A stretch of 63,840 nucleotides of DNA, the filler included, from Choristocarpus tenellus KU-1152 (taxonomy: Eukaryota; Protista; Phaeophyceae): the NCBI GenBank assembly GCA_964200185.2. It is 13 parts of 13 records of this genome, joined end to end, with 100 filler letters (N's around TTAATTAATTAA, not from the genome) between each part and the next. Parts side by side here need not be neighbours in the genome. Positions count along the whole stretch, not along the records: positions 36,902 to 40,687 come from CAXNAD020017929.1; positions 40,788 to 44,049 come from CAXNAD020021188.1; positions 44,150 to 47,179 come from CAXNAD020022813.1; positions 47,280 to 51,622 come from CAXNAD020015015.1; 9 more parts are not named here. One strand, 5' to 3'. Made by a program: the position numbers and the translations under genes. This document shows, piece by piece, positions 37,528 through 50,400 of the stretch (position 1 is the stretch's first letter; the number at the start of each line of letters is the position of its first letter). The notes beneath the pieces are model-generated. The model searched no databases. It worked only from the letters and a program-made list of their open reading frames with translations, and was not told the DNA's origin.

Positions 37528-38479
37528 AAATAGTCTGCAAAAGGTTTTAAAAAGATGCCCGGAAATTTGAGTTTTTGTTTTGGTATCGCCTCACCTGCCA
37601 AACTTGGGCAGTGACGTACCCCAGACCAGGTGTTTGCAAGGAGTTCAGTCAATCACCTCATCTTTGTCCGTTATAAAGTCATGACCTTCAAAATTGCGTC
37701 GGAGATATTCCCCCGCGTTTTTGCCATTCTTTGATCGGGACATGCTCCCGTTCCCCAAATCCTGGACATTCTTGGATACAAACCTTCAAAAGCTCTTGTC
37801 ATACCCTTTCATTTGATATACATATTGTTGTATAACTATTATGGTAACCCAGTGAAACAAACTACGATTGCCATGTTGAAACACTAGTAAACCCCTAAGC
37901 TACCGAGCAGGTAGTCAGTGTTTCAACTTGCCACAGAGGGCGAAGCTACTTGTACCACCTTGTGCGTTTAAAACTGAACAGTGCAAGTAGTTGCACATAC
38001 CCTCTCAACAATCTTCTCTTGTCATACAAACCTTTCCTGCTAAATTGAAACCCAAATAAAAGTATTGCCAAGAATCTCTCACCCACCCCCAAATTCCATG
38101 GAAACTTCGCTTGCAATTTTAATCTCTTATCCTTGATGATGTGCTCTTCGAGTATCTTACTCCTTAGTGTTCATTTTCTGTGCAAGGATATATAGTAGGT
38201 CAAAATAGCGATCTACATTTTCTTAGTATTCAAGGTGGCGATATTCATCAATTTCTTCTTACGTTCGAGATGAATATGAATGACTCTCTCAACCGTACTA
38301 TTATCATGCTTCCTCTATTCCATTAGCCTGCGACGTTAAGGGCTTTTACTTCTTTAGGTGACCTCCAATGATTTATTTATTTTTACATTGGATCCCTTGA
38401 TGTCTTTTATGTGGAATATTTTCATTCTTCGTAGCTTTCCTCGTACCCATCAATCCACTAATCCACTGCCGTGTTGAAA

Positions 38480-39560
38480 GCCCCTCAGTTGATTCTGATC
38501 GATTTTGGCAGACTTCCCTCAAGCTGATTTTCTTAGTTCCGGTGTGCTGTACCTCGAAACTGCTACCGAGCCAAAGTATCTTACAAGGTAGAGCCGCGTC
38601 CATTTGGGGGTCAAAATCCAAGGTCGCGATTTGGATGTAATTTTGGCTATCATGTTTGTTAGCAAGTGTTAATATATCTATGTTTCAGACACACCTTTTC
38701 ACAACATATACATTTTACCTACTCCTAAACAATTTGGAGTAGGAAAATGTCATAGAAAACCCCATGGGAAGCCAAGCCCCAAATGGACAAACGGGGCAAA
38801 ACTCATACCCTCTAAGATACTTTCACTCTGCCCCTATCGCCTTCAAAACTTGAATGTACCACTTAACGAGGCTCTGCCACACACTCTCTAAAGTAACTGC
38901 ATTGTACATGATGTACATGATCTTTCACCCATTCACAATGTCGTCTATTGTACCGTAACTCTCCCTCAATACTTTTTAGGGATGCGTAGAACACAAAATT
39001 GTTGATATTGAGATCAGGTGACTGCGCAGGCTGCATTATGACCCTGAAGCTCCACCCACCCTCCCTCGTAACTTCGTTGAGCCTCTGCACTGCGTCTTTT
39101 CCCGAATGGGGGATCACTCTGTCCTGCTGCGCGACCCCCTCCTCACCCTCCAACCATGGCACTTTCCCCTTCAATGCGGAGAGAAAAGTCTCCACTACTT
39201 ACCACTCCCAGTACTACTCGGCATCGATGGTCACATCGAAGTTATACTGCTGCCCCCTCTAGCGGCGGGCTGAATTCTCTGCGCCTGCTTTATGACGCAA
39301 ACATGCCAGACTCTGATATTGCCATCAAAATCACGGGAAGGATCTGGGCGCGAAACGGTCCAGATGAACATCACCTTAGGAAAGTGATTCTTGTGCTGTA
39401 CGTTGGTGGAGCCCACCCTTTCCTCCCCGGCCTATCCTTTCGGAAGCCGTTTCTTACCAGGACGTAGCACTAACGTGTAACGTGCACCAACGAGGTTTGG
39501 CCTTCCTTGCTCAGCTTGCAATTTTTACCCAGGGTCAATGGGCTCCCAACGAAAGACGGC
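38480..39560 (-). pseudogene. Tc1/mariner (DD39D plant/oomycete-type) transposase remnant, interrupted by a MITE A
   Basis: LVHV.. (first D region), VQHKNHFPKVMFI..VSRP...FDGNI, QQD...PH, QPAQSPDLNI, VWQSL...VL, then GSSFEVQHTG after the MITE. Confidence 0.88.
38568..38828. mobile_element. MITE family A (reverse orientation) inserted in the mariner remnant
   Basis: GAGCCAAAGTATCTTAC...ACCCTCTAAGATACTTTCACTC; flanks TACC/TGCC. Confidence 0.93.
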
Positions 39561-39697
39561 AGACTTGCCTGAGCGGCCATATTGGCTACGGGACTCATGT
39601 CCCAGATGGTCTGGAGGCTAAGCGAGAGTCATACAGCTCTTGGCGAGGTGTTGAGATGTTGTTTGACGATGAGGAGTTGTATCCACTGTAAATGGGA

Positions 39698-39850
39698 CTA
39701 AAAAGGACCGTTTTTTTGGTTCCACTTCTCGGAACAGATTCAAAACTATTTCGGAAAAAGTCTATCCAGAGCTTCAATTTGAGTCATACATCATTAGGAA
39801 AGTCTTTTTGTATTTGTGAAGAAGTGGGCAAAAAAAAAAGTGCAAAATCA
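39698..39850. repeat. Unclassified dispersed repeat, second copy at ~46914-47097
   Basis: Shared AAAAGGACCGTTTTTT...TCGGAACAGATTCA.AACTAT.TCGGAA...CTTCAATT...CATACATCA...GAAAGTCTTT...GTGAAGAA. Confidence 0.75.
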
Positions 39851-40646
39851 TAATTTGACAACCCTGCTTTCCACAACACACCTGACTGTATTTAGTATAT
39901 ATATTTCTGATGTAGGTGTGATATGTAACGCATTGATATAATCTTCTTGAAAACAGAGTTTTGACGAAGAGTATTGGTCCAGAAAGTCATATTATTGTGT
40001 GCAAAACTATTGAGTCTGTCTCGACCAAGAGAGAATAACTCCTGCTGTCATGCCGTTATTGCTGTATGCCATTGCGAGTCTCTAAACTTATCAAACGTGG
40101 GTTTAAAACATATGTGGCCTCCAGAAAATGCATGATAATATCGGCAACCGCGGAGCACAAGGCGAACTAACGAATGAGAGCAGAGTGCGAGCCAGTCCTA
40201 GAATTTGCAACAGATCCTTACGTGATTGGAGGTGTTTTGTTTCAGGCGAATAACGAGATATTTCTTCCCGTACTCTAACAAACGCAAGCAGTATACACGC
40301 ATGGGGAACCTCATGAAGAGGAACTCCGATTTGCTAAAGGTTGCAGAGTAAGATTTGCAATATGGGAATGTATGCAACGGTTTTCAGATGTACTCCAACT
40401 TCTGTTAACCAAAACAAAATAAAACACATATAATAAAAAGAATAAAGAGCACTGCTTGATAAATGCCCCTCTAGACACTTCTATTCTTAATACAGTAGGT
40501 TACCCGATTTTGCTCACCCGTGGGCATGCCTGAAAAAGTGGAACAAAATTGATGGCATCAAGGAAAGAGAATACTGTATGGTGGACAGTCGCCATTCCAT
40601 CTGCAATAGCTTCTTCGTCGACACTGCCCGATTCACTGTGGAGTAA

Positions 40647-40687
40647 GAGCCAAAGTATCTTAGAGGGTAGAGCCGCATCCATTTGGG
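40647..40687. mobile_element. MITE family A, end cut by linker
   Basis: GAGCCAAAGTATCTTAGAGGGTAGAGCCGCATCCATTTGGG. Confidence 0.85.
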
Positions 40688-41167
40688 NNNNNNNNNNNNN
40701 NNNNNNNNNNNNNNNNNNNNNNNNNNNNNNNTTAATTAATTAANNNNNNNNNNNNNNNNNNNNNNNNNNNNNNNNNNNNNNNNNNNNGTGGACAATCTGG
40801 GTATGGAACAGACACAGAGGTTGATTGAATGTTAGCATCGACTAGGGAGTGCCAACAATCCTTTCAAGAACACACACACACATTAACATTATGTGACATC
40901 CCTCCTCCTATCCAAGGAATTCGTCAGTGTCTGAATATTTTTCTAGAGCAGGTTCTCTCTTGGTATTTTCCACCTCTAGGGGCTTGGTTATGAAACAGTC
41001 CATTTAGGTCTCACCAAGTTGATAGCAAATATGAAGTCGCCTTTACTCTCAAACGTCACTACATGATGACAAGTTTTAGCAGGAAGGCACTCTGTTCAAC
41101 CTCCCTGATTTGTTGCCCACTGAAGCGACCCCTCTCACTCAACCCACCGACATTGTGGAAATGCCAG

Positions 41168-43804
41168 CTGCGACAACTGGAAGAGCGTCTTCTGGACACT
41201 ATCTCTGCTGTTCAAGGCACCATCCTTGATGACAACACTGTGGTGAAGGCCCTTGAGGACCTCAAGGGCGAAGCAGGAGATGTTGCGAAGGAGGTAAGCA
41301 AGGACAGGGTGTAGTTATGCTCTTGTTAAGAGTTGTTTTTTATTTTTGGTGTTGTGAGTACAAGTTCGATTTTTATTTTTATACTACTTTAGTATAATCT
41401 TCAATGTTTTTTTTTGCTCCTGAAAGTATTGCTGTCTCTGATAGTGTGAGAGCGATACATATCATCGCAGTGAGCCTTAAAAGGATGGACAGGTTAGATA
41501 GAGTTGAAGGTTGAGAAGGGTTGGAGTTAAGGCTGAACCAATCCTGTATTTTGAATGGAAGGGGCCTAATTGTAACTATAACTATAACTGTAACCCTCTG
41601 CCCTCCTTTATCTCTCGTCGCTTGTGCTATATTATTATTATTAATATTTTTATTAATATTTTTTTCGTATTGTTTCCAGGTGGAACGAACAAAGGAGGTG
41701 ATGGCAGAGGTGGAGGCTGTCTCGGGTCAGTATGAGCCTCTGGCACTGGCGTGCAGTAAGGTGTACTTTGTGCTGGAAACATTGGGTGATGTTCACTTCC
41801 TGTATCAATACTCCTTGAGATTCTTCCAGGACATTCTTGCTCAGGTTGGTTGTTTTTGGTTCACTTTTTGTGATTTTGTGATTTTGTGATCCTAGAGTGC
41901 TGGTTAGAAGACTGTAGTCGTCTATACTAAGGGGTGATTGGTGTTAGGGTTGGTGTTATTTTTTGTTGAGGGCCGCAACAGCATTGCATGGAATCCTTTT
42001 GGTGTATGTCCTATCTCTAATAGCATCAAATGGGCCAGTACTTGAAGAGTCAAATGATGTGTGTGCATAGTTTACCCCGGTCTAACTTAAAGGGCGATAC
42101 TGTGTACTGAAGTATGATGACCAGAGATGTGATTTCGGTATGTTGAATAGCAGTCCCCGATATCACGCCAGACTATTGTCAATCCAATCCTGTCAGTAGC
42201 TGTCTTTTTGATGTAGTATAGCCCTTCAGACCAATAGTTCTAGTTGTCAGAATCATACTACCAGTAGGTATGGTCTGATTGTCTTTGCGCAAGAACACTG
42301 TAGCAAGTAGATTGACATTGCTCTACTTACCGCCTTGCTTTTTTGTCCTTCTTGTATCTGTAAGACAAGCACCTGAATTTAAACCCGCCAACCCCACCCC
42401 CCAATCCCCACCCCCCACCTCCCAATCCTACCCCCCCTTCCATGGGAAACGGTAACCCCATCCTCGTTCATGCATACACAGGTGCTTTCCTCGTCCAAGG
42501 CAGAGAGTCCACAGGCAAACCTTGATGTGACAGCCCGACTGTCTACACTCAAGATGCGGCTCTTCCATGCTGTCTCTAAGCGTGTGTCAAGGGGTCTGTT
42601 GCACCGCGATAGACTACTGTTTGCCCTTCGCCTGGCTCAGGTGGGAATGGGATTGTGGGTTTGAAAGTGTAACCGACTTGACCGTTCATTTCCGTGTCTG
42701 GTCTGTTGGTCGTAAAGGGATCTTTGGTCTCTGCACTTCCTCGCGGGAGGATTTGGTCTTGGTTGTGTTCTTTGTTGTGTGTGTGTGGTGTGGTGTGTGT
42801 TCGTCACTAATAGTCAAAGTAGTCCTCCATTTATTTAGATTTGTGACTTGTTTTGCTGCTGACGGTTCCAGGTGTACCTCGAGGGAAGTCCAGACATGGG
42901 CCCAACCCCTGCTGAAATGGATACCCTCTTCCGTAGTGCTGGGGCTGCCCCTGAGAACGGTGCAATGGCAGGTGTGTAGTAGCAATGCAAAAAAAAATTG
43001 CATGCATTTGATGTTGGGAAAGAGACATATACAGTGCAATAGGCGTGTTTATGTTTTCGATTCTGCATTTTTTTGTTTTGTTAGTGGACATATTTGTGCC
43101 TGTCCGGGTTGGTTAGTTGAGGGGGAGAGGGTTTTGGCATTGATCCGTCTCTGCTGCCATTGAGTCACAAAGCTTTTATTATTTATATGCATGTAACCCC
43201 TGCATCACTTTTGTGCCTGTTCATTGTGCGCCACTTGCTTCCTATCCTGCTTCTTCACCAAACAGGTTTGGTACCTTCTATCCCTGGAAGAACTCTGACA
43301 GAGAGACAGTCTCGGGAGCTTGCTACCCTTTGCAGTTTGCCCTCCCTCGAACCACTGGCTGGTCACCTCAGTAACAATCCTCAGCTGTGGATAAGGGTTC
43401 TAGACTCAGATGAGCCTGAGAAACATATCCCTGACAGGGGAGACAACTCCAGGAGGGTATGGGAAGGTCGTGGAGGAGGGCATGTGGGTGGAGAGGGCAG
43501 AGCACTCTGGCTGTCTGAAGGGGTTTCAATGGAGCGGGAGGCATTGCTGTCTCTGTCCATCCTCAAGGCGCTGAGACCTGACCGCCTGCTGGCAGCTGCG
43601 GAGATGTTCATTAATGAGATATTCGATACAGCAGCAGGAGTTGAGCATGTTCAGGATGGAGGAGGCGCAGGGGCAGGAGGTCCTGGTCCTGGGGGGTTGC
43701 CCTGGAATGAGGCTTTGGATTTGGATGAGGCAACGACAGGAGACTTGAGACCTGAGGCGCCAGTCCTTCTGTGCTCGGAGCCAGGGCATGATGCCAGTTG
43801 GAAG
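41168..43804 (+). CDS. DYNC1H1: Cytoplasmic dynein 1 heavy chain, five internal exons (41168-41293, 41680-41844, 42482-42640, 42872-42971, 43266-43804; AAA5 C-terminal part to AAA6 start)
   Basis: In-phase spliced peptide with LRQLEERLL...GTILDDNTV..LE.LK.EA, YEPLA..CS..YF....L..VHFLYQYSL.FF, RVSRGLLH.D.L.FA, LRPDRLLA and PVLLCSEPGHDAS. Confidence 0.92.
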
Positions 43805-44423
43805 GTGAGAAGGATGTTGGTTGGGAAAGGTGGAAATGTAGAAATTTCTCCTCTGTTTTGTCTTTGTCTTACAGATTGTTGTGATGTGAATGGACTTGGG
43901 GCAAGTAGTTGCTTATTCACTGTGTATTTCAAATCCCACCCACTGCATGCTCACTTGTCGATCCTGTCGGGGGAGGGGGGGGGGGGGGGGTTGTCACGTG
44001 CTTAGATTGTACCATTTGAGCACACTGTTGGATTTGATTGTTGTTGTCGNNNNNNNNNNNNNNNNNNNNNNNNNNNNNNNNNNNNNNNNNNNNTTAATTA
44101 ATTAANNNNNNNNNNNNNNNNNNNNNNNNNNNNNNNNNNNNNNNNNNNNCCCCCCCCCCCCCCCCCCCCCCCTTTTCGAACACTTCATTTTGTGTTTGTG
44201 ATTTGACGCAGAGACCCACCAACCCTGCCTACAACATATCAGAGGACAAGGTGGTGAAGGCCATGACCTACTTTGATAGATTATCGTCAGATCATGCATC
44301 CTTGGTTGAGGGTTGTGAATATTGTTGACATGCGTTGCTTACTCACATACACATACATGCATCATACATAGGGATCCATCGGACTGGGCTGTTCATAGCT
44401 GGAATTTTATTTTTTCTTGCTAG

Positions 44424-47400
44424 GTGATACAAAGCATCATAGAGATGTAAATTTTGGTGGGGCACAAGATTGTGTCCCTGAGTTGTCGGTGCTATGCCAT
44501 CTCACAGCAAAGAAGGGTTCTTCTCGTGAGGCAGAACAGGCCATGCAGAAGCATATTGATGAGGCAGTGGTGGAAGTGAGAGAGGAGGGTAATGTGGATT
44601 GCGGTTGAGGAATTGGTCATACTTTCCGCACAATACCTGAAGTATATTAGTTCATGTCGCTTTTGGGGTTTTCTGGTGTGATTATTTTGCAGTGGTCGAA
44701 AGGGTTGGTTAGACCAAAGCATCTCGTGAGGATGGACTGACTTGCTACTGGGTAAAGGGGGGTGAGGGGGTGCAAAGGCTGTCACGATAGTTTCCCACCT
44801 CCGCCCCCGAGGCTAGAAAAGAAGGAGGAGGATTTGAAACAACGTCAGCTTAGTCGTGGTTGTAAACCAGTGTATGAACTCGTGCAGCATGTTTGAGAGT
44901 GTGTGTGTGTGCGTCTGTGCATTTGCTTGTACATTATCATCCTGGATAACTTGGTGTGTAGAATTTAGGTTGAATACCAAGGACTTGGCACGTATGTTTT
45001 GGGGTTCTTGGGGGTGTCCCTTCTTGCAGATACCCAGTCACTGCTACAGTAATGTATCTTTTAACTAACTACTGATTGTTTGCAGCACCCAATTGCGGTG
45101 TGTTCTGTTATGAAGCCTTGAGCAGTGGGTTGGCGCGCCGACCATTGCTAGTTTTGCAAAATGCTGCTCAACTCTAAGTTCAATTCTTTTCGTCATTGCC
45201 CAGAGAATTTCCAATATTTGTGGGAGGCGTCTACTCTGCTTATGTTGAGAGTAAACTTAACTGAATGTGAATGTGACCAGTACTTGTCTTGTGACGGACA
45301 CCATCTATTTTAGGCGTGCCTTCACCACTCCCTTTCTATCCCCGAAGCCTTCCTACCTCCCAATACATGGAAGTATTTTAATATGTACGATTCATTACTG
45401 TCGCTAATAATGCATAGCACGCCATGTAAGGAAGGGGAGAGTAGTCACAGATTAAAGGGGGCGTTAAAAAGATACCCTTCTCTCGCTGAGGACTGATGAT
45501 GTGGAGAATGCATAGTTCCTACTACACACATCCAACAGTAGTAACCGATGACAACAAACTGCTGTGCTGTTGTTGCGGAAGTGGACCTGCTCCTGTTACG
45601 TTGTCATCGACAAGTAGGGTACGGACGTACTACTACGCCAGAATAACAAGTACGAATAATGTCAAGGTCTATCCCTGTTTTGTTTATTCAGTTCCCATAC
45701 TACTACTACTATAAAACACAATGGACTTGGAGTATATTTGGTCAATGGGGAAAAAACGATAACAGCACTCAGATGCACACAATACATGATGATCGCATCA
45801 GTAGGTCACTAGCTGGCAACGGTTAGATATACGTGCTTGTGGTTCGGTAAGCATCCCAATTGCCTTACAGATAGATGGTGGCGTTCAGTACTTTAACCCA
45901 CGAAATTTATTGTTCTGAACTAATATTACATATTAGGGGGATGTGGATATTTTCAAGAAAAGCATATTCATTGATTCAAACGAACGTCAAGTGTTATTTT
46001 TGTGAGATGGGCGAATAGCAGAACCACATCGAAGAGCCAGGAATTGTAACGGACAATATCTCATACTTGGAAGAGCTAGGAGGCGTTACAATGATCTGCC
46101 ATCATCCTATTATGTGCAAGGAGAATTAACTCTCCGAGTCAAACCAACTGAGAGGTAGGCAGGGTTGCATTTGAAGGATCCAGATAAAAAAGAAGGGGGA
46201 AAATATGTCATTTTGTACAATTAATTGGACTTAAAGGGGGGGAATATCAACTTTGTGTACACTATTGTGCCCGTAAAACATAAAATAGAGGATATTCACA
46301 GGGTGAGAAAGGTGGGCTGAAATACCAAAAGGGGTTCAAACCTGCCTACCCCTCAGTTTGGCTCTCCGTATATTTCGGCTTGTTGTCTAGACTCTGCTAT
46401 ACTGTCGTTGCTGATAGATATCTCCTCGACTCATTCATGCAATATACTACTAAATATGTGTTATCACTACCATGTACTCTTAAATACATATTATTATGCC
46501 GTCAAATATTTTACAGATGTCTCAGAAGTAAACAATAATCAGTATTATACATTGTGGGAGAGGGAGGAAAACAAAAATATATTGTTCGCGAATAAACCCA
46601 ACCGTTTGTTTACCAGAACATTCCTTAGGCCGATTGATTCTGAGTTATGTTGTCAAAAATAAAATAGTATTGGACGACTACAAGATCCTATTCTTTCTTA
46701 CGAGGAATTAGTACACACTACACAACTCGAAATGGTTGGGATATATATATATATAACTTTGACAAATATAAGTTGAGGGTGTAATTTATTACAAGATCTG
46801 CAATGAATAGAAAAATTACGTTGGATTCCTTGATTTTTTATCTGAAAAGCAATCAATCCTTTTTGCTTTTTGTGTCCATTCGAAACTTGATTGTCCCGTT
46901 TAAGGAGTCTCGGCTGAAAAGGACCGTTTTTTCAGTTCTACTTATCGGAACAGATTCAGAACTATGTCGGAACAAAATGCGAAACTAAGAATCTCCTTCG
47001 AACAATTGTATGCAGAACTTCAATTGGAAACATACATCACCAAGAAGAAAGTCTTTGTGTTCGTGAAGAAACGTCCCAAATAAAAAGCAAAAATTCGAAA
47101 CGCCGGAGCTGACAGGAATGTTGGCTCTCATTCCAGGCAACGTGTAGTCACAGTGGCCTCGTACATAGTGCTTCGCCCGNNNNNNNNNNNNNNNNNNNNN
47201 NNNNNNNNNNNNNNNNNNNNNNNTTAATTAATTAANNNNNNNNNNNNNNNNNNNNNNNNNNNNNNNNNNNNNNNNNNNNAAAAATTAATCCAAAAAACAA
47301 CAATTTATTTTGCCCCCAAAAAAGACGCGGCTCTACCCACTAAGATACTTTGACTCATCTATGGAAATGCAGGGGTTTTTTTTTGGCACTCAGGTCAGCC

Positions 47401-50400
47401 ATGTAATGGCCATGGCTCCATTCATCGTTTACTTGTATCTTGCGTACTATACTACTACTGTAAATACTAAATATTAAATTCATAATCTAATAAGAGTAGG
47501 TTGCTTTCCTTTTCAATATGTATATATATATTGATATTTTACTATTATTTTCCATTTTCATTTCATTCACTGGCTACTATCAAAATTTAGTTGTACGTAC
47601 ATCATCGAATACTTAGGTTGTAAGCACTAAGTCATTTCTACACACACATATGCTTCCTGACATTCTCAGTACACATACGTTTGGATGTGTCCTTCACGAT
47701 TTCGAACCAAGAAACTCCAGATGATGAGCAGAAAGAGCACTCTACCTATATGCACATACAGCCTTGCCTTCGACCTTTTGCACACACACACACATGTTTA
47801 TATTTTTCGCATGGCATGGCAAAACAGACTCGATAGTTGGACTAGTACAACACGTAGTGGACATGGTCTGGACATGCCAGAAAAAATATAGACTGGTAAG
47901 CAGTCATGGTCGAGACATGTGAGAGAATGTTCGACCCTGTCCAGTCAGCAGACATGGATTGTTTCGACACCCAATGCACATGGTCCGGACATATTAGAGA
48001 ATGTTAGACATGGTTTGGACCGTGGACATAGACCGATTCATTACCTAGACATGTCAGATAATTGTGAGACCGGTCTGGCCGGTGGCGGGACCATTTGAAC
48101 TCGCCAGGCCGGCGAAACGCCCTGCTAGGACCCAACACTAAGCTCACATATACCAACCTCATGTAAGGTCTCCATGCGCTGCACAGTAAAATCAGGCGCG
48201 CTCATCACTTCACAAGTATTGGGTGTAATCCAGAGCATACAGGAGAAGAGAAAGCATATCTAGCTTTCCATGCCTGGCATGCCAATGCAGTACCCCCACC
48301 TCACACATTTGTACAGACTGGAGTCATTGTAGCTCAGCGGTTGAAATCCAGTCCTCCTGCTGAGGTAGGTTAGGTAGGTATGCATGAGTTCGAACCTGAC
48401 TTCAGCTCATGGAAGATTTTGGAGCGTCTACCTGGCTGGCACTACGGATTGTACACCTGGATTATCTTGTCTGCTGCTAAACCAAGAAGAAGAGTGCAAG
48501 GCCTTGAAAGGTGTGATGGCGAGGTTGTGTTCCAAAGCGGTGCTGTCAGATGAGAGCAGCACAAGGTTTGAGGGAGGGAAGGAGCAACGGTCAGTGGGAC
48601 AACTGGACTCGGCGTGCAAGAAACAAGACTCGTATGGGGCAGTCAGTACATTTGTTTGTCGTGGAACAGTTAGTTTGCATTGATGAGGAGTGGTGCTGCA
48701 AGAAGTGCCTCTGACCACGGGTGGGGGCTAGTCCCAGACAAACGTGAAAAATAATAATAATGAAAAAACAGTAGTAATGATGCCGAATGTGTGAACTTGT
48801 TACAAAATAGAACTTTCAAGCGTATCATATAGAAGTATCTCAAGTCGTGAACTCAAGATGTGAACACATCGTAAAGTAGGGAACTGCCAACATGCGATGA
48901 GGGGATGTCTGACAAGGGCTCCGCATTTCAGAAAAATGTGATAAATATTTAGAAGCCATAACCAAACACCACGCCTACAATGGTGCTCTTCATGGCTTGC
49001 ACATGTTGACCTAGGACTGAGATCAAGCAGACCAGGCACGATTGTGAGCATGGAGAGGAGGCAATCCAAAGAATTGAACAAAACCTCTATGGAGAACAAC
49101 AGAAGACCAAGGAGGCACAAGAAGAGGTTGATGGCCTCCACAATGCCTTCAGGGACAAGCTGCGGCAGACTGCAACAGGGGAAGAGGTGGGTATTCCCCA
49201 GAGCTATACAAGCATTTCGTACTCCAAACACTTTCTTCCTTGCCCTGTCTCAACTCAATCCTCAAGAACACTGAATCTTCGCATGGTTTAGTCATCCGTA
49301 AGGGCTCCTCCTGGCAAGGTGCAACATACATAGTAAGCGCATGCTACGAATCAAAAACTCCAGTGCACTCTGTGGTAATAGGCGGCCAAATAGTCACTGT
49401 GTTTCACCAAGTTTGGTTTCAGTCACAGGCCCATGGTATCCTAGACAGGGGGTCAGGCACCCTTTTCAGGGCCTGTGTGAACCTGTAGTGATTTTCATGC
49501 CATCTGAGTGAACGTGTCAGATGTAAGGGCAATTTCCTTCATCTGAGTGCACCTGCCATTTCCTCCCCCCTGCCTGAACCAAACCTAAAAACGTCAACAG
49601 CAAAATGGGCATGAAACTGGGATATATCTTCCATAACCCCTTCAAGTCCCCAATGGACAAACTGGGCTAAACACTTCCCTCCCTGTACGATACTATGGGT
49701 ACACAGAGCAATAAAATCGAATCCCACTGCTGAGGCTAAACACTATTAAATATCATTGGTATCTATGAATTAGAGCCAATGGGACATACTCGTCCTTCAG
49801 TCTCTCCTACCACACCTTGATCTTATTGGTATTTTCAGCCCATCAGACCGCAAAAATAGTATCAATATCACTATCCATATGATGTATACATCCTGTGACT
49901 CAAATGTGTTGGGCAGCAGAAATCCAATAGGCGTCAGAACAAGAGGGAGGACATGGAACAGGGAACAGGGGGCAGACGAGACTTGTCTGCAATGGGGGAG
50001 TTATTGGGGTCAACAAAGGAAAGGGATGATTATGCAGTGGCCAAGGCAGAGGAGCTAGGGCAGCAGACACCCGGAGAGGTACCCAAGAACCATGCCCTTG
50101 TTAACAGGTAATGAAAAGTAACACTAAGGCAAAATGTTCCATAATGCATTCATTGTATTGAGTGGGTGGCATTTCCAAGTAGGAGTATTGCCTCACTTGG
50201 AAGATGTAAGACTGTAAATAAGTGGGGGGGGCGGAAGGGAGAGGGGAGGCCGCAGTCAATTACATGATACCCCTGCTTGTTCAGGTTGTTTACAGCGAAA
50301 TCTACTCTCTTAGCATCGTTTTTATGCCCTATGAACACACCAGTTTATTTAAGACTTCGTATCACACTCCCTGGGATACTACTATTGAAACCCACACAAC

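Noticed and set aside
40500-40646. F-box-like exon (HTVFSFLDAINF)
   Set aside because: Too short and weak; truncated by a MITE and a linker.
40788-44049. Dynein nested within another gene, or a functional cluster with its neighbours
   Set aside because: The contig is bounded by artificial linkers, so adjacency is unverified.
47859-48124. CRISPR array
   Set aside because: Repeats are too degenerate, spacing is irregular, there are no cas genes and the context is eukaryotic.
48320-48404. Functional tRNA gene
   Set aside because: A and B boxes are present, but acceptor, anticodon and T stems do not pair in canonical register.
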